Shown one piece after another: positions 28,074-42,253 of a stretch of 64,000 nucleotides of DNA. How positions within the stretch are numbered: position 1 is the stretch's first letter; every line of letters begins with the position of its first letter. Made by a program: the position numbers and the translations under genes. Below the pieces are notes generated by a model. It did not search any database and was not told the origin of the DNA. It saw only the letters and a list, made by a program, of their open reading frames with translations. This DNA comes from Eledone cirrhosa (taxonomy: Eukaryota), in NCBI GenBank assembly GCA_964016885.1, contig OZ024744.1, positions 34,906,001 to 34,970,000 of the forward strand, written 5' to 3'.

Positions 28074-28320
28074 GCACACACATAGCCATGCATAGACACA
28101 CACACATACACATAAACATACACATGTGCATGCATCCACACACACACACATACATACATACATATATCATCATCATCATGTTATGCCTGTCTTCCATGTT
28201 AACATGGGTTGGACAGGTTGTCATGGTCCAAGACTAGTCAGAGCAGAACAGCTACATTTTGTTCATAGATTCCATTTTTGACATGGTTTCTATGGCTGGA
28301 TGCCCTTTGTAATACCAATC

Positions 28321-28436
28321 ACCTTACAGGATGTACTGGGTGACTTATGTCATGATATCAACACTAACACCTTACAGTGTGTACTGGGTGACTTATGTCA
28401 TGATATCAACACTAACACCTTACAGTGTGTACTGGG
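28321..28436. repeat. 48-bp tandem repeat, about 2.4 copies
   Basis: accttacag..gtactgggtgacttatgtcatgatatcaacactaac repeats at 28321, 28369 and 28417. Confidence 0.85.
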
Positions 28437-28620
28437 CACATTCCATCATGACACAATTACGAGACAGGCTGTTATATGTTCAACCAAACAGAAGAGTCCT
28501 CTCTACCATCATAATGTCGCCACTTTATCACCATATATGTATATGTGTGTGTATGTATGTATATATGTAAGTATGTGTGGGTGGGTGTATGTATGTATAT
28601 ATATAAGTATGTGTATATAT

Positions 28621-28669
<49 letters not shown>

Positions 28670-28754
28670 ATGTATGCATGTATGTATATATGTGTGTATG
28701 TATGTGCATGTATGTATGTGCATGTATGTATGTATGCACAAGGACATAGAAATA

Positions 28755-30295
28755 CTCAGTTTGGTGCCCGAGGGGGCAGTTAACCCACCTGGTGTTAGAG
28801 ACCCCCAGGTCTTGTTAAGACATCATTGTAGGAGGGTGGAAACTCTGAGGTAAAACCTGCAACTCAATGGCAACCAATGATGTTGACCTGTTCTTCTTTT
28901 TTGATACCTGTCACTGTTGTCCAGAGATTGGGATTTGACCAGTGCCAGGTATTTCTTCATTTAAAACAGCTTTAAACACAGGCATCATTCATCATTTCAT
29001 TTTACGTCCGTTTTTTCCCTGCTTGCAAGGGTGGGACGGGAACTGATTCTGGCTTGATTTCTACAGCTGGATGCCCTTCCTAACACCAACCTCATTTACA
29101 GTGAGTGCTGGGTGCTTTTTTTGCCGTGGCACCTCCACGACCACTTTGCAGTGGAATGATATGGACCCCAGTCCCTATCATCTCATTTCTGCAGCTGAGT
29201 AAACTGGAGCAATGTGAAATAAAGTGTCTTGCTCAAGGAAACAACACATCAACCGATCTGAGAATTGAACTCACAACCTTTCGATTGCAAGGCCAATGCT
29301 CTAACCACTAAGCCATTTAAATCACTTTCATATGTGTTGCATGAGCTTGGCCTTTTCTTTTTTCTTTCACTGCAGCATATGCAGAAAGGAATCTAAGTCC
29401 TTGAAGGGCTAAAAATGCATGTTCGTGCCATCCATGTATGAGAAAAAGGTCAAGGGATGGAAATTCTTAAAACAGATGAGACCACCCTATTCAGTAACTC
29501 AATTGATCAGCTCAGGAATGCACTGACCATATACTGGGAGGAATCAACAAAGCTTGGACTTCAGGTGAGGTGGACGAAGACCAAGATGATGCATATCGGC
29601 AATGGACCACATCCTCCCTGCTTCATATTGCCCCAACATCATAGAGTTTGTCAGCTACTTCATTTACCTGGGCTTGACAATCACCGACAGTGGATACCTG
29701 AGCCTGGAGATCAATCATATATGTTGTCTGGCCGGTGGGATCATGCACACCCTATGGAAGCCCCTTTGGCATCACTGTTCTATCTACTGGAAGACAAAGC
29801 TCCATATATAAAATGCATCAGTCCTCTCCTTTTTCCTCTACGGAACAGAAACATGAGCCCTTACAAAGACCTTAGCAAAGATAGTCTTGATAGCAGAGCC
29901 CTGAGGATCATCGAAAACATGAGATGCTATCACCACGTTTCCAACAAAGAGTTGCATATGTACACACATCAGCTGGCAGCCTTAGCCGTCCATCACATGT
30001 GCTGGTACAGACATGACCTCTGCCTGCCATCATTCTACCAGAGCCTTACTCTTGTTTCTACATAGCAGCTACAGGCTAGAAGAAGCTCCATGGCAAACCC
30101 TGTACCAGATGGCTGAATGTCATCAAGGAAGTTCTCCTAAGGCTCCACATCACCTTGGAGGATGCAGAAAGGCTAGCATGGGGGTGGGGACTGCCAGCCA
30201 TGAAGGGAACTGCTGGTCAGCTTTACGTGTGATGATGTCTCTGGGATCACTGACCTAGGATAACCACAGTGTCATCGAGCAAGAGCAGCAAGAAG
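28755..30295 (+). mobile_element. Degenerate RTE relic (5' UTR plus RT C-terminus) interrupted by a SINE
   Basis: KLGLQVRWTKTKMM, FIYLG and YGTET-like motifs in broken frames. Confidence 0.6.
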
Positions 30296-31364
30296 AAGAT
30301 ATATATTTATATGTGTGTGTGTGAATATATTCTCTTTTACTCTTTTACCTGTTCCAGCCATCTGGCTGAGGCCATGCTGGGGCACTGCCTTTAAACAAAT
30401 GTGCATATATATATATCCCTGAAACAAAGGAGCCATCAACTAGTACATGCACTGCAACACTAAAGGTAAAGAGGGTAAGAAACCAGAAGCTACAATACTT
30501 GGTAACTGTATGGAAGCAATGTGTGGTTTGAAAGGACTTTTCAGTGTTTGTCTTAGAACCCTGAAGAAGTATGTCCAGTTCATTCTGTAAAATAATAGTG
30601 TTAGTGAAACAAAAAATGGACTCAGTGCACCCTGTATGAGGATTGGTATTAGAGAGGGCATCCAGCTGTAGAAACCATTCCAAGTATGGAACATAATGAG
30701 CAAAATTGGCCACTCTGACCTGTCTGGTGGTCAACTATCACAACAAACCATCCAACCCATCCAACCAGAGGGGAAAGAGGATGTAAAATGATGAAAGAGG
30801 ATGATTATGATGATGATGATTTATATATATCATCATCATTATCATTTCATTTTACGTCCGCTTTTCCCTGCTTGCAAGGGTGGGACGGGAACTGATTCTG
30901 GCTTGATTTCTACAGCTGGATGCCCTTCCTAACACCAACCTCATTTACAGAGAGTGCTGGGTGCTTTTTTTTTTTTGCCGTGGCACCTCCACGACCACTT
31001 TACAGTGGAATGATAGAGACCCCAGTCCCAATCATCTCATTTCTACAGCTGAGTGAACAGGAGCAATGTGAAATAAAGTGTCTTGCTCAAGGAAACAACA
31101 CATCACCACCTGGTCTGAGAATTGAACTCACAACCTTTCGATTGCAAGGCCAATGCTCTAACCACTAAGCCATGTGCCTTCATATGTTAATACATTACCT
31201 TCTAGAGTAAACACAACAGTTAAAAAGTGTGACACCAAGAAAGACGACCGAAGCCAGTGGCCATACATATACCACAACAACGATAAATACAGAATGTGTG
31301 TCTATAAATATTTATATATATATGCCATCTAAACCCATGCTAGTGTGGAAGATAAACGTTAAAC

Positions 31365-31440
<76 letters not shown>

Positions 31441-31751
31441 CCCATACACAGACACACACATACATTTGTGTGTGTGAGTGTGCATGTGTATGTATGCATG
31501 TGTATATATGTTTGTTTTTGTGAATGTCTTGACATTAACACTACTGAAACAATTGGTGCCATTTGTTTATATCTTGCATAAAAACATGTCCCCGAGTTCT
31601 GCAGTTCGATGGGTGGAGATTAGTAGAATAAACATCCAGCTGCATGATGCTGCCTCAAAAGGTCTTGTCCCATCTATACCAGTATGGAAAAGTGGGTGTA
31701 ATGATGATGATGATGATGATCAACATCATCATCATCATATATTTATGTCTT

Positions 31752-31826
<75 letters not shown>

Positions 31827-32267
31827 GTGTGCGTGTGTGTGCGTGTGTGTGCGTGTGTGTGCTGTGCGCGAAGACTACGTGGTTTAAGAAAAAAAAAGAA
31901 AAGAAATTAAGAAATGAAAGATATATTTTCTTATATATATATTCTAGAAAACTTTTTCCTATATGTTTATATATATGTGTGTGTGAGTATATGTATAGGT
32001 GTACATATGTGTGTGAGTATTTGTATAGGTGTACATATGTGTGTGAGTGCTACATTACATCATGATGTAAATATCAACAAGAAAGCTGAAACCAAAGGGA
32101 AAAAAATCCAGTGCTCTCAAAGTCCCTTGTGATATTTGTTCTTTCATCTTGACTGTCAGAAATACAATGAAAGTGATTGTTCCATTGGAAACCAGCAACC
32201 AACACTGTCATGGCAAATTGTTGTATATAAAATATAAAATAATAGGAAAAACAGGCATAAACAGATA

Positions 32268-33786
32268 ATCATTGTTGTCATCATCATCACCATCATCATC
32301 AACAACATTGTTGTCATCGTCATCATCATCATCATCAACAACATTGTTGTCATCACCATCATCATCAACAACATAGTTGTCATCGTCATCATCATCATCA
32401 TCAACAACATTGTTGTCATCACCATCATCATCAACAACATTGTTGTCATCGTCATCACCATCATCATCATCATTGTCGTCATCGTCATCATTGTCATTGA
32501 TATCATCATCACCATCCTCATCATCATCATCACCATCATCACCATCATCCTCATCATCATCATCATCGTCATCATCATTGTCTTCATCATTGTTGTCACT
32601 ATCACCATCATCATTGTCAACATTGTCATTACCACCACACCATCATTATCATCTTTACTGTCATCATCATCATCATCATCATAAACATTGTAATTAATAA
32701 TGTCTGTTTGTTCCAGTCATGTATGAATTAGACATGTCTTTTATACAACATTTTGCTACCTTCTTTTACTGTTTTGTTATCTTATGCACGAAGCCCGGTG
32801 TCCCATGACCGAATTTCACTATTTCATTAATTAATATAAATACCAAGAAGTTTTAATAAAATTGAAATTAAATTATATTTACAAAGCAAACGTTTGTTTT
32901 GAAGACAGCAAGCGAAGTTTGAAATTTAATAGAAATAGAAGCTTTCACCATATTTTGACTAAAGAAATTAGCCTGATAGTAGGGTTTGAACTTATCTTTT
33001 TCCATTTAGAGGGTTTTAAACCCCACTATCAGGCTAATTTCTTTAGTCACAATATGGCGAAAGCTTCTATTTCTACTAAATTTAAATTATAATTATTTTA
33101 ACTATGTAACATTGCCTGATGTTATTACCAACTGTGGTATATACTCTAAAAATTATCTACCACACGACTTGTTTGTTACACTCTAGTCTGTTAATAACTT
33201 CAGACTTTTGTTTGTTTTAATTATTCTAGAATTTCTGTTCAACTCAATATTGAGAATCAGTTTTACTTGCCTGTAGAATTCCTTTCTGATATTTTTCTTA
33301 GCATGGCATGCTGTGATTTCATTGACTAAAATGAAAAAAAAACACCAATACCTTCTTTAACATTATCATCAGTATTGCTATCACTACCATCACCATCACC
33401 ACCATCATCACCACCACCATCACCACCACGACCACCACTACTACCATCACGACCATCAAAACCATCACTACTACCACCATCACCACCACCATCACACCCA
33501 TCACAACCAACACCATCAAAACCACCACCATTACCACCACTACCGTAACCACAACCTCCACCACCACCACTACCGTAACCACAACTTCCACCACCACCAC
33601 CACCACCACCATCACCACTATCATCACCACCATCACCACTATCACCACCACCACCACCAACAACAACAATAACAACAACACCACCATCACCACCAACAAC
33701 ATCACCACCATCACCACAACCATCACCACCACCATCAACAACAACAACACCACCACCATCACCACCATCACCACCACCACCACCAC
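32268..33786. repeat. Two trinucleotide arrays, (CAT)n at 32268-32682 and (CAC)n at 33380-33786
   Basis: Directly visible. Confidence 0.9.
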
Positions 33787-33904
33787 ATTCCTTTTGGCAG
33801 TTACAAACCAGAAATGAATCCGTTCATGGATTGGTATTGAAAATGAAACAAGTTAATACTTAAAATTTACAATAGTTTTAGCAAAACTTCATTAACACTT
33901 TCAT

Positions 33905-33961
<57 letters not shown>

Positions 33962-33963
<2 letters not shown>

Positions 33964-36052
33964 GCTCATATGGCTGTAAGGATCAGCTTCTGGTTAACAA
34001 AATGATACTGGAAGATTGTCATAATAGACACAAAAATCTATCGATCGCTTGGATAGATTATAAAAAAGCATTTGATAGTTTGCCACACAGTTGGATTGAA
34101 AAATGTTTAGAGATTTTCAAAATATCCCCCGTTATCAGGAGGTTTTTGTCATTCAGTATGAGGACATGGAGAACGACACTCCTTTTGAATAGTGAAACAA
34201 AATCACTGGAAGCTGGAGAAGTTAACATTAATTGTGGAATTTTTCAGGGTGACTCTTTATCACCGCTTTTATTCTGCATCGCACTTATACCATTAAGTAA
34301 AATGCTCAATGAAACAAAACATGGATATAGAGTCTATGACAAAACCATTAATCACCTGTTCTACATGGATGACCTGAAACTATTTGCAAAAAATGATGAA
34401 CAATTGCAAGGGCTATTATCCACTGTGAAGCAGTTCAGTGATGACATTAAAATGGAGTTTGGACTGGATAAATGCGCCAAAGCAACGTTCACCAGAGGAA
34501 AGCTGCTGAAGAGTTCAGACATTAATCTTGATCGGGGGAACGTGATAAGAGAGCTTGATCAAGAACAAACTTACAAATATCTAGGTGTTTGTGAAGGAGA
34601 CGGAATCAAGCACTCGACAATGAGGGAAAGGATAAGGAAGGAATGTTACCGCAGAGTCAGAGCAATCTTAAGAACGGAATTGAATGCAAGGAATAGGATC
34701 GATGCCATAAACACGCTTGCCATACCAGTAGTAACCTACAGTTACAATGTCATCAACTGGTCAAGCACAGAGATCCGTAGGCTCGATACAAAAATCCGAA
34801 AATTCTTAACCATGCACAGAATGCATCACCCTAAGGCAGACATAGATAGAATATATCTCCCTAGGAAAGAAGGAGGACGTGGGTTAATCCAGTTAGACAT
34901 TGCGTTGAAAACTGCAACAATTGGATTATCCACATATCTAAGGGAATCACATGATTGGATGATCAAACTCGTTTTGAAACACGAAAGCACCAAAAGATCA
35001 TATTCCATTACAAAAGATGCACAAAGATACAGTAATGGACTACAAATTTCAGAAGTCCCATTTACTGCTGAAATGGAAAACACAGAAAAAGCAAAGCAGG
35101 TAAAAGTAACTGCAAAGAAAGAACTGCTACAGAAACTGGCTAAGAAATGGCAAGAAAAGCCTCTGTATGGAAAATACCCAGAGCGAGCTAACAATCCTGA
35201 TGTTGACAAAACTTTAACCCATCAGTGGTTGGCATCCTCTGGACTGAAATCGGAGACTGAAGGACTGATTATATCCGCACAAGATCAGTGTCTGCCAACA
35301 AAAAATTACCAAGCCAACATAATAAAAAATGGGTGCAGCCCATTATGCCGTGTATGCAAAAAACAACCAGAGACCATTGACCATATAATTTCAATGTGCA
35401 GTCCTATAGCTCCAACCGAATACCTAAACAGGCATGACAGAGCTGCACAATACATACATTGGATAATGTGCAAGCATTTTGACCTGCCCCATCAAAAGAA
35501 TTGGTGGGAGCATCAACCACCTCCCATACTTGAAAAAGATCACATCTCAATCTTGTGGAACTTTAGCATCCAAACAGACCGAAAAATAGATGCAAATAGA
35601 CCTGATATAATATTGAAGGACTTTCAAAGGAGGGTATGCCTGCTAATTGATATGTCTGTTCCAATAGACAAGAATGTATCTATAAAAACATTTGAAAAAT
35701 TGAGCAAGTATAAGGACCTGGAGATAGAAATTGGAAAAATGTGGAAATTGAGAACTAAAACAATACCAGTGGTTGTAGGCGCTCTGGGAATGATACCTAA
35801 GGGGTCTAACGACTACTTATCGCAAATCCCAGGAAACCCGCGTATAGGAGAAATACAAAAGATAGTACTAATGGGAACTGCCCATATACTAAGGAAGATC
35901 CTGTCAATATAAGTACATCACAAGTCTAAACACTAAGGATGCATGTGTGAATATGTGTGTTCTTTCTTGAACATGGCGGACCTTGTTGTCTCTTGAGGTC
36001 ACTGGTTGTGACTTGGTGATAACTCGTATAAACATAAAGCAAGATAAATGCA

Positions 36053-36053
<1 letters not shown>
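33962..36053 (+). mobile_element. R4/Dong-like LINE copy A (5'-truncated, ORF intact from RT through RLE)
   Basis: IDYKKAFDS, GIFQGDSLSP, YMDD, CRVC..ETIDHIISMC, RHD, RPDI..D..KY.DL. (TAA)n on both sides. Confidence 0.93.
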
Positions 36054-36095
<42 letters not shown>

Positions 36096-36099
<4 letters not shown>

Positions 36100-39000
36100 A
36101 AGGGACCAGAACCAACTGGACGAAAGAATTGAATAGAACTGTTATGCAATGTTACCTGAAAAGTAACCCCAAGGAGAGGGGCTATAGGAGACGGATGCAT
36201 AACATCTGGAACGAGATTGGTCTATTTAAATTAGATGAACAAAAATTGGCCGGGCAGGCTCGCGTAATAAGAACTAATGGGTGGATAAGCGAGCTGGAAC
36301 TGGAGGAACTGAGCAGAGAGATTAGCTTGGAGATGGAGGGTGGAGTATGCCAGGCAAACGAGCCAGTGGGAAATGAAGGTGAAGAGGTCGAGAGAACGGA
36401 GGAACCACCCGAAGCAGACAATGATCTGAATACTGAGATAAATAATACCTGGAACAGAGATACGGCCACTGAGGAGATGAATGCTGACGGGCTAGGACAA
36501 GATTCGGTTGATATCTTAAATTTAGTGGTAGATGAATTGAACAATGATAGTGGGAGACCTATGAACCTAAGATTTGTAGACGGGAAAAAGTTAAAAGAAA
36601 CAACAGCTAAGGTAAACAAAGTCATCCCATACCTTGAGGCGAGGAGCCTTCACCAGTGCAACAATATCCTCAAAGCAACAGCAAATATGGTGAGGAAACT
36701 ACTTGGTATAAAAGCGAGAGGAAACAACATACAAGAAAGAGCAGAGCCGTGGTGGAAGAAACGACTGAGTGGTCAAATCAGGGAAATGAGAAATGACATT
36801 GGAAAGCTTGAGTCCCTACTGAATGGGACACTAAAAAACATAGGCACTAAAAATAGACTGGAAATAAAGTACGAAACTAGGAGGAAAAAGCTAAATATTA
36901 TCATAGAGGAACTGAAGCAACGCATTGTAGCAAAGAGTGCAAAAATCAGGCGATACGAGAACAGAGTCAGTCAGTATAAACAGAACCGCATGTTCGACAA
37001 CAACCAGAAGATGCTGTTTGGACAGCTTGAAGGGAGAGAAAGAGGCAACGACTTGATCCCTGAGGCAGAACAAACTAAGACATTCTGGAGAGGAATATGG
37101 GAGCAGGATGTTAGACATAATGACCAGGCAGGGTGGATTGAGACAGTACAGAGGGAGATCGGTGAGCAGGCACACCAACAGACTGATTTGAGTATCACAG
37201 TTGAAACTCTTAAGGGACAGGCCAAAGAACTAATCAACTGGAAATCACCAGGCCCAGATGGTGTGCAGGGGTATTGGATTAAAAATATAACATCCCTCCA
37301 CCCGAAACTGACAACCATATTCAATGACTGCTTGATGTCAGGTGAGGTACCAGAGTGGTTGACAAAAGGTACCACAGTTCTGATAATGAAAGACCGAATC
37401 AAGGGTAATGATGTTACCAACTATAGACCTATCACATGTCTGTGCGTAATGTGGAAACTGTTGACGAGCATTGTGTCTGAGGAAATCTACCATCACCTCC
37501 ACACAAACAACTTGTTACCGGACGAACAGAAAGGATGCCGAAAGAAGTCACGTGGTACAAAGGACCAGTTACTTATTGATAAGATGGTAATGGGGAATTT
37601 CAGGAGGAGACACACTGATCTTGCCATGGGATGAATAGACTACAGAAAGGCATTTGACATGGTGCCTCATTCTTGGATCACCAAAAGCCTGGAGATCTTC
37701 AAGGTGGCAGATAACATCAGACAGTTGTTGGGCAAGAGAATGAGGTCCTGGGAAACAGAGTTGACTTCAACTGGAGAATCCTTGGGAAGCATGAAGATCA
37801 AGAGAGGTATCTTCCAGGGAGATAGCTTGTCCCTTCTGTTGTTTGTCCTTGCCCTGATGCCCCTGACCAGCGTACTGCGAAAAGTGAGAGCAGGATACGG
37901 GTTGGGAAAGGGAGGGCTTACCATCAATCATCTCCTCTTCATGGACGATCTTAAGCTCTTCGGGAAGAGTGAGGAGTTGGATGTGCTTGTTGACACTGTC
38001 CGTATTTTCAGCAGTGATATATGTATGCAGTTTGGTATTAGTAAGTGTGGAGTCATTGTGATGAGGTAGGTTGAGCAGAAGTAACGGAACCCAGATACCA
38101 ACAGGTGAGATGATAAAGGAAATTGACTCTGAGGAAGGATACAAGTATTTGGGCGTTCTGGAGGCTGATGGCATAAAGAACAAAAAAATGAAGGAATTGT
38201 TAAGAACTGAATACATTCGGAGAATAAGGAGCGTATTGAAGTCACATCTGAACAGCAGAAATGCCATAAGCGCAGTAAATTCCCGAGCTGTGTCTATTAT
38301 TAGGTACAGTGCGGGAATTCTGAGATGGAATGTTGCTGAACAAAAAGAAATGGATAGGAAGACTAGGAAGCTATTGACTATCTACAACATGTTCCACAAG
38401 AGGAGTGATGTCGATAGACTCTACCTAAGGAGATCTGAGGGTGGAAGAGGTCTTATCAGCATAGAGGATTGTGTTCAGATGGAGAAAAACAACCTACACA
38501 AATACGTGACTGATAGTAAGGAGCCAATGCTCAGAACTGTACTGAAGGAGGGGACAATAGGCCAGGGGATGTCCAAGGAGGAAATAACATCAAGGAGAAA
38601 GAGCAGCCTTCAGGAAAAATCCCTTCATAGTACCTTCTTTGAGAAAACTGAATTTAGAGATCCACAGACATGGAACTGGTTGAGAAGAGGAGACCTTAAA
38701 ACGGCTACAGAAGGAATGTTAATGGCTGCGCAGGAGCAGGCCCTCAAAACGAAGTGGTTGAAACACCATATTTACAAGGAGGAGGCTAGCCCACTGTGCA
38801 GGATCTGTGGAGGGACAGAGGAGACTGTGGCTCACATTGTATCCGAGTGTAAACACCTAGCCCAGACCCACTATAAGGGCTGGAGACATGATGTGATGGG
38901 CAGGGTGATCCACTGGCACCTGTGCAAAGTAAACAATTTACCACATTCTGAGAAATGGTATGAGCATAGGCCAGAGGCGGTGATGGAGAACGATCAGGTG

Positions 39001-39421
39001 AAGGTGCTGTGGGATTTTAGGATACAGACGGACAAGAAACTGGAACACAATAGACCTGACCTGGTGGTTGTGGACAAAGAAAAAAGATCGTGTCTGATTG
39101 TGGATGTGGCCTGCCCATTCGACACGAGAGTGCAAGAGAAGGAGAGGGAGAAAATTAACCGATACCTGGACTTAAAGTGGGAGGTAAAAAGGATTTGGAA
39201 CTGCCATGAAGTCAAAGTGATCCCGATTGTCTCCAAAAGTTTCCAGGGATGGTTAAAGAAAATCGGCCCCTTTACGCTTTTTGGAACGCTTCAAAAGGCA
39301 TGCTTGCTGGGAACAGCAAGAACCCTCCGATACGTCCTGAATATCTGAGGCTGCAGGTAGTGGCTTGATATTCATTCCAACGGACTTTCCAGTTAACTCA
39401 CATCAATGACTGAGATTCAAG

Positions 39422-39423
<2 letters not shown>
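36096..39423 (+). mobile_element. R4/Dong-like LINE copy B (different family, near full length, one stop and one frameshift)
   Basis: N-terminal WTKELN..VMQCY, PWWKKRL, SPGPDG, NYRPITCL, FMDD, CRIC..ETVAHIVSEC, RPDL. (TAA)n flanks. Confidence 0.93.
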
Positions 39424-39458
<35 letters not shown>

Positions 39459-39459
<1 letters not shown>

Positions 39460-42204
39460 TTTTAACAAACTATAAAGTAGGTGAACATGTTAAACAAACT
39501 AAACTTAGAAAATTGAAAAAAAAGTACAGTATAAAATCAACAAGTGACATAGACATGCTGATAGAAATAATCAAGCAAAAAGTGTCGGCCAAAACTGCTC
39601 GTATAAGGCGCTTTGAAAAACGATCTAGATTCTATAAGGACAATAATATGTTCAAAAACAACCAAAGAAACTTCTACAGAAAAATTGGTAAGTCAACAAT
39701 AACTGCTAAATCAATACCACCTAAGGAGGAAGTGCAAGAATTCTGGGAAAAGATCTGGGCCGAAGAAAAAGTTCATAACATACATGCCCCATGGATAGAC
39801 AGATAAATGAAAGATACAGCTCACCTTGAGGAACAAACATGGGAAAATATAACAGTTGAACAGTTGCGCTTGGCTCTAAGAAAAACCAGCAAATGGAAAT
39901 CCCCAGTAAAAGACAAAATACAAAACTTTGGGATAAATGCCTTCACAGAGTCTCATGAGCTGTTAGCCCAACTTTACAATGAAATAGTTAAGGAGCCAGA
40001 AAAGATACCATCATGGCTAATTAACGGCATTACATTCCTGCTTCCGAAGAATGATGAGACAAACAATCCCAAAAATTACAGACCGATAACCTGCTTGACC
40101 ACAATGTATAAAATGTTAACATCAGTCCTAACTGAATACACATATGACCACCTGATAACAAATGACCTATTTCCCATTGAGCAGAAAGGATGTAAACGAG
40201 GCTCATATGGCTGTAAGGATCAGCTTCTGGTTAACAAAATGATACTGGAAGATTGTCATAATAGACACAAAAATCTATCGATTGCTTGGATAGATTATAA
40301 AAAAGCATTCGATAGTTTGCCACACAGTTGGATTGAAAAATGTTTAGAGATTTTCAAAATATGCCCCGTTGTCAGGAGGTTTTTGTCATTCAGTATGAAG
40401 ACATGGAAAACGACACACCTTTTGAATAGTGAAACAAAATCACTGGAAGCTGGAGAAGTTAATATTAATTGTGGAATTTTTCAGGGTGTCTCTTTATCAC
40501 CGCTTTTATTCTGCATCGCACTTATACCATTAAGTAAAATGCTCAATGAAACAAAACATGGATATAAAGTCTATGACAAAATCATTAATCACCTGTTCTA
40601 CATGGATGACCTGAAACTATTTGCAAAAAATGATGAACAATTGCAAGGGCTATTATCCACTGTGGTGCAGTTCAGTGATGACATTAAAATGGAGTTTGGA
40701 CTAGATAAATGCGCCAAAGCAACGTTCACCAGAGGAAAGCTGCTGAAAAGTTCAGACATTAATCTTGATCGGGGGAACGTGATAAGAGAACTTAATCAAG
40801 AAAAAACTTACAAATATCTAGGTGTTTGTGAAGGAGACGGAATCAAGCACTCGATAATGAGGGAAAGGATAAGGAAGGAATGTTACCGCAGAGTAAGAGC
40901 AATCTTAAGAACGGAATTGAATGCAAGGAATAGGATCGATGCCATAAACACGCTTGCCATACCAGTAGTAACCTACAGTTACAATGTCATCAACTGGTCA
41001 AGCACAGAGATCCGTAGGCTCGATACAAAAATTCGAAAATTCTTAACCATGCACAGAATGCAGCACCCTAAGGCAGATATAGATAGAATATATCTCCCTA
41101 GGAAAGAAGGAGGACGTGGGTTAATCCAGTTAGACATTGCGTTGAAAACTGCAACAATTGGATTATCTACATATCTAAGGGAATCACATGATTGGATGAT
41201 CAAACTCGTTTTGAAACACGAAAGCATCAAAAGATCATATTCCATTACAAAAGATGCACAAAGATACAGTAATGGACTACAAATTTCAGAAGTCCCATTT
41301 ACTGCTGAAATGGAAAACACAGAAAAAGCAAAGCAGGTAAAAGTAACTGCAAAGAAAGAACTGCTACAGAAACTGGCTAAGAAATGGCAAGAAAAGCCTC
41401 TGTATGGAAAATACCCAGAGCGAGCTAACAATCCTGATGTTGACAAAACTTTAACCCATCAGTGGTTGGCATCCTCTGGACTGAAATCGGAGACTGAAGG
41501 ACTGATTATATCAGCACAAGATCAGTGTCTGCCAACAAAAAATTACCAAGCCAACATAATAAAAAATGGATGCAGCCCATTATGCCGTGTATGCAAAAAA
41601 CAACCAGAGACCATTGACCAAATAATTTTGACCTGCCCCATCAAAAGAATTGGTGGGAGCATCAACCACCTCCCATACTTGAAAAAGATCACATCTCAAT
41701 CTTGTGGAACTTTAGCATCCAAACAGACCGAAAAATAGATGCAAATAGACCTGATATAATATTGAAGGACTTTAAAAAGAGGGTATGCCTGCTAATTGAT
41801 ATGTCTGTTCCAATAGACAAGAACGTATCTATAAAAACATTTGAAAAATTGAGCAAGTATAAGGACCTGGAGATAGAAATTGGAAAAATGTGGAAATTGA
41901 GAACTAAAACAATACCAGTGGTTGTAGGCGCTCTGGGAATGATACCTAAGGGGTCTAATGATTACTTATCGCAAATCCCAGGAAACCCGCGTATAGGAGA
42001 AATACAAAAGATAGTACTAATGGGAACTGCCCATACACTAAGGAAGATTCTGTCAATATAAGTACATCACAAGTCTAAACACTAAAGATGCATGTGTGAG
42101 TATGTATGTTCTTTCTTGAACATGGCGGACCTTGTTGTCTCTTGAGGTCACTGGTTGTGACTTGGTGATAACTCGTATGAACATAAAGCAAGATAAATGC
42201 AACT

Positions 42205-42207
<3 letters not shown>
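39459..42207 (+). mobile_element. R4/Dong-like LINE copy C (same family as A, internal deletion)
   Basis: Nearly identical to copy A from 40201 onward including the 3' UTR. An 88-nt deletion near 41628 causes a frameshift. Confidence 0.93.

Positions 42208-42249
<42 letters not shown>

Positions 42250-42253
<4 letters not shown>

Noticed and set aside
28321-28436. CRISPR-like repeat
   Set aside because: Simple tandem duplication with no spacers, in a eukaryotic context.
27963-33833. Candidate small TRPC exons after AG acceptors at ~27962, 32159, 33301 and 33800
   Set aside because: No recognisable TRPC homology and weak donors. Cannot be supported without transcripts.
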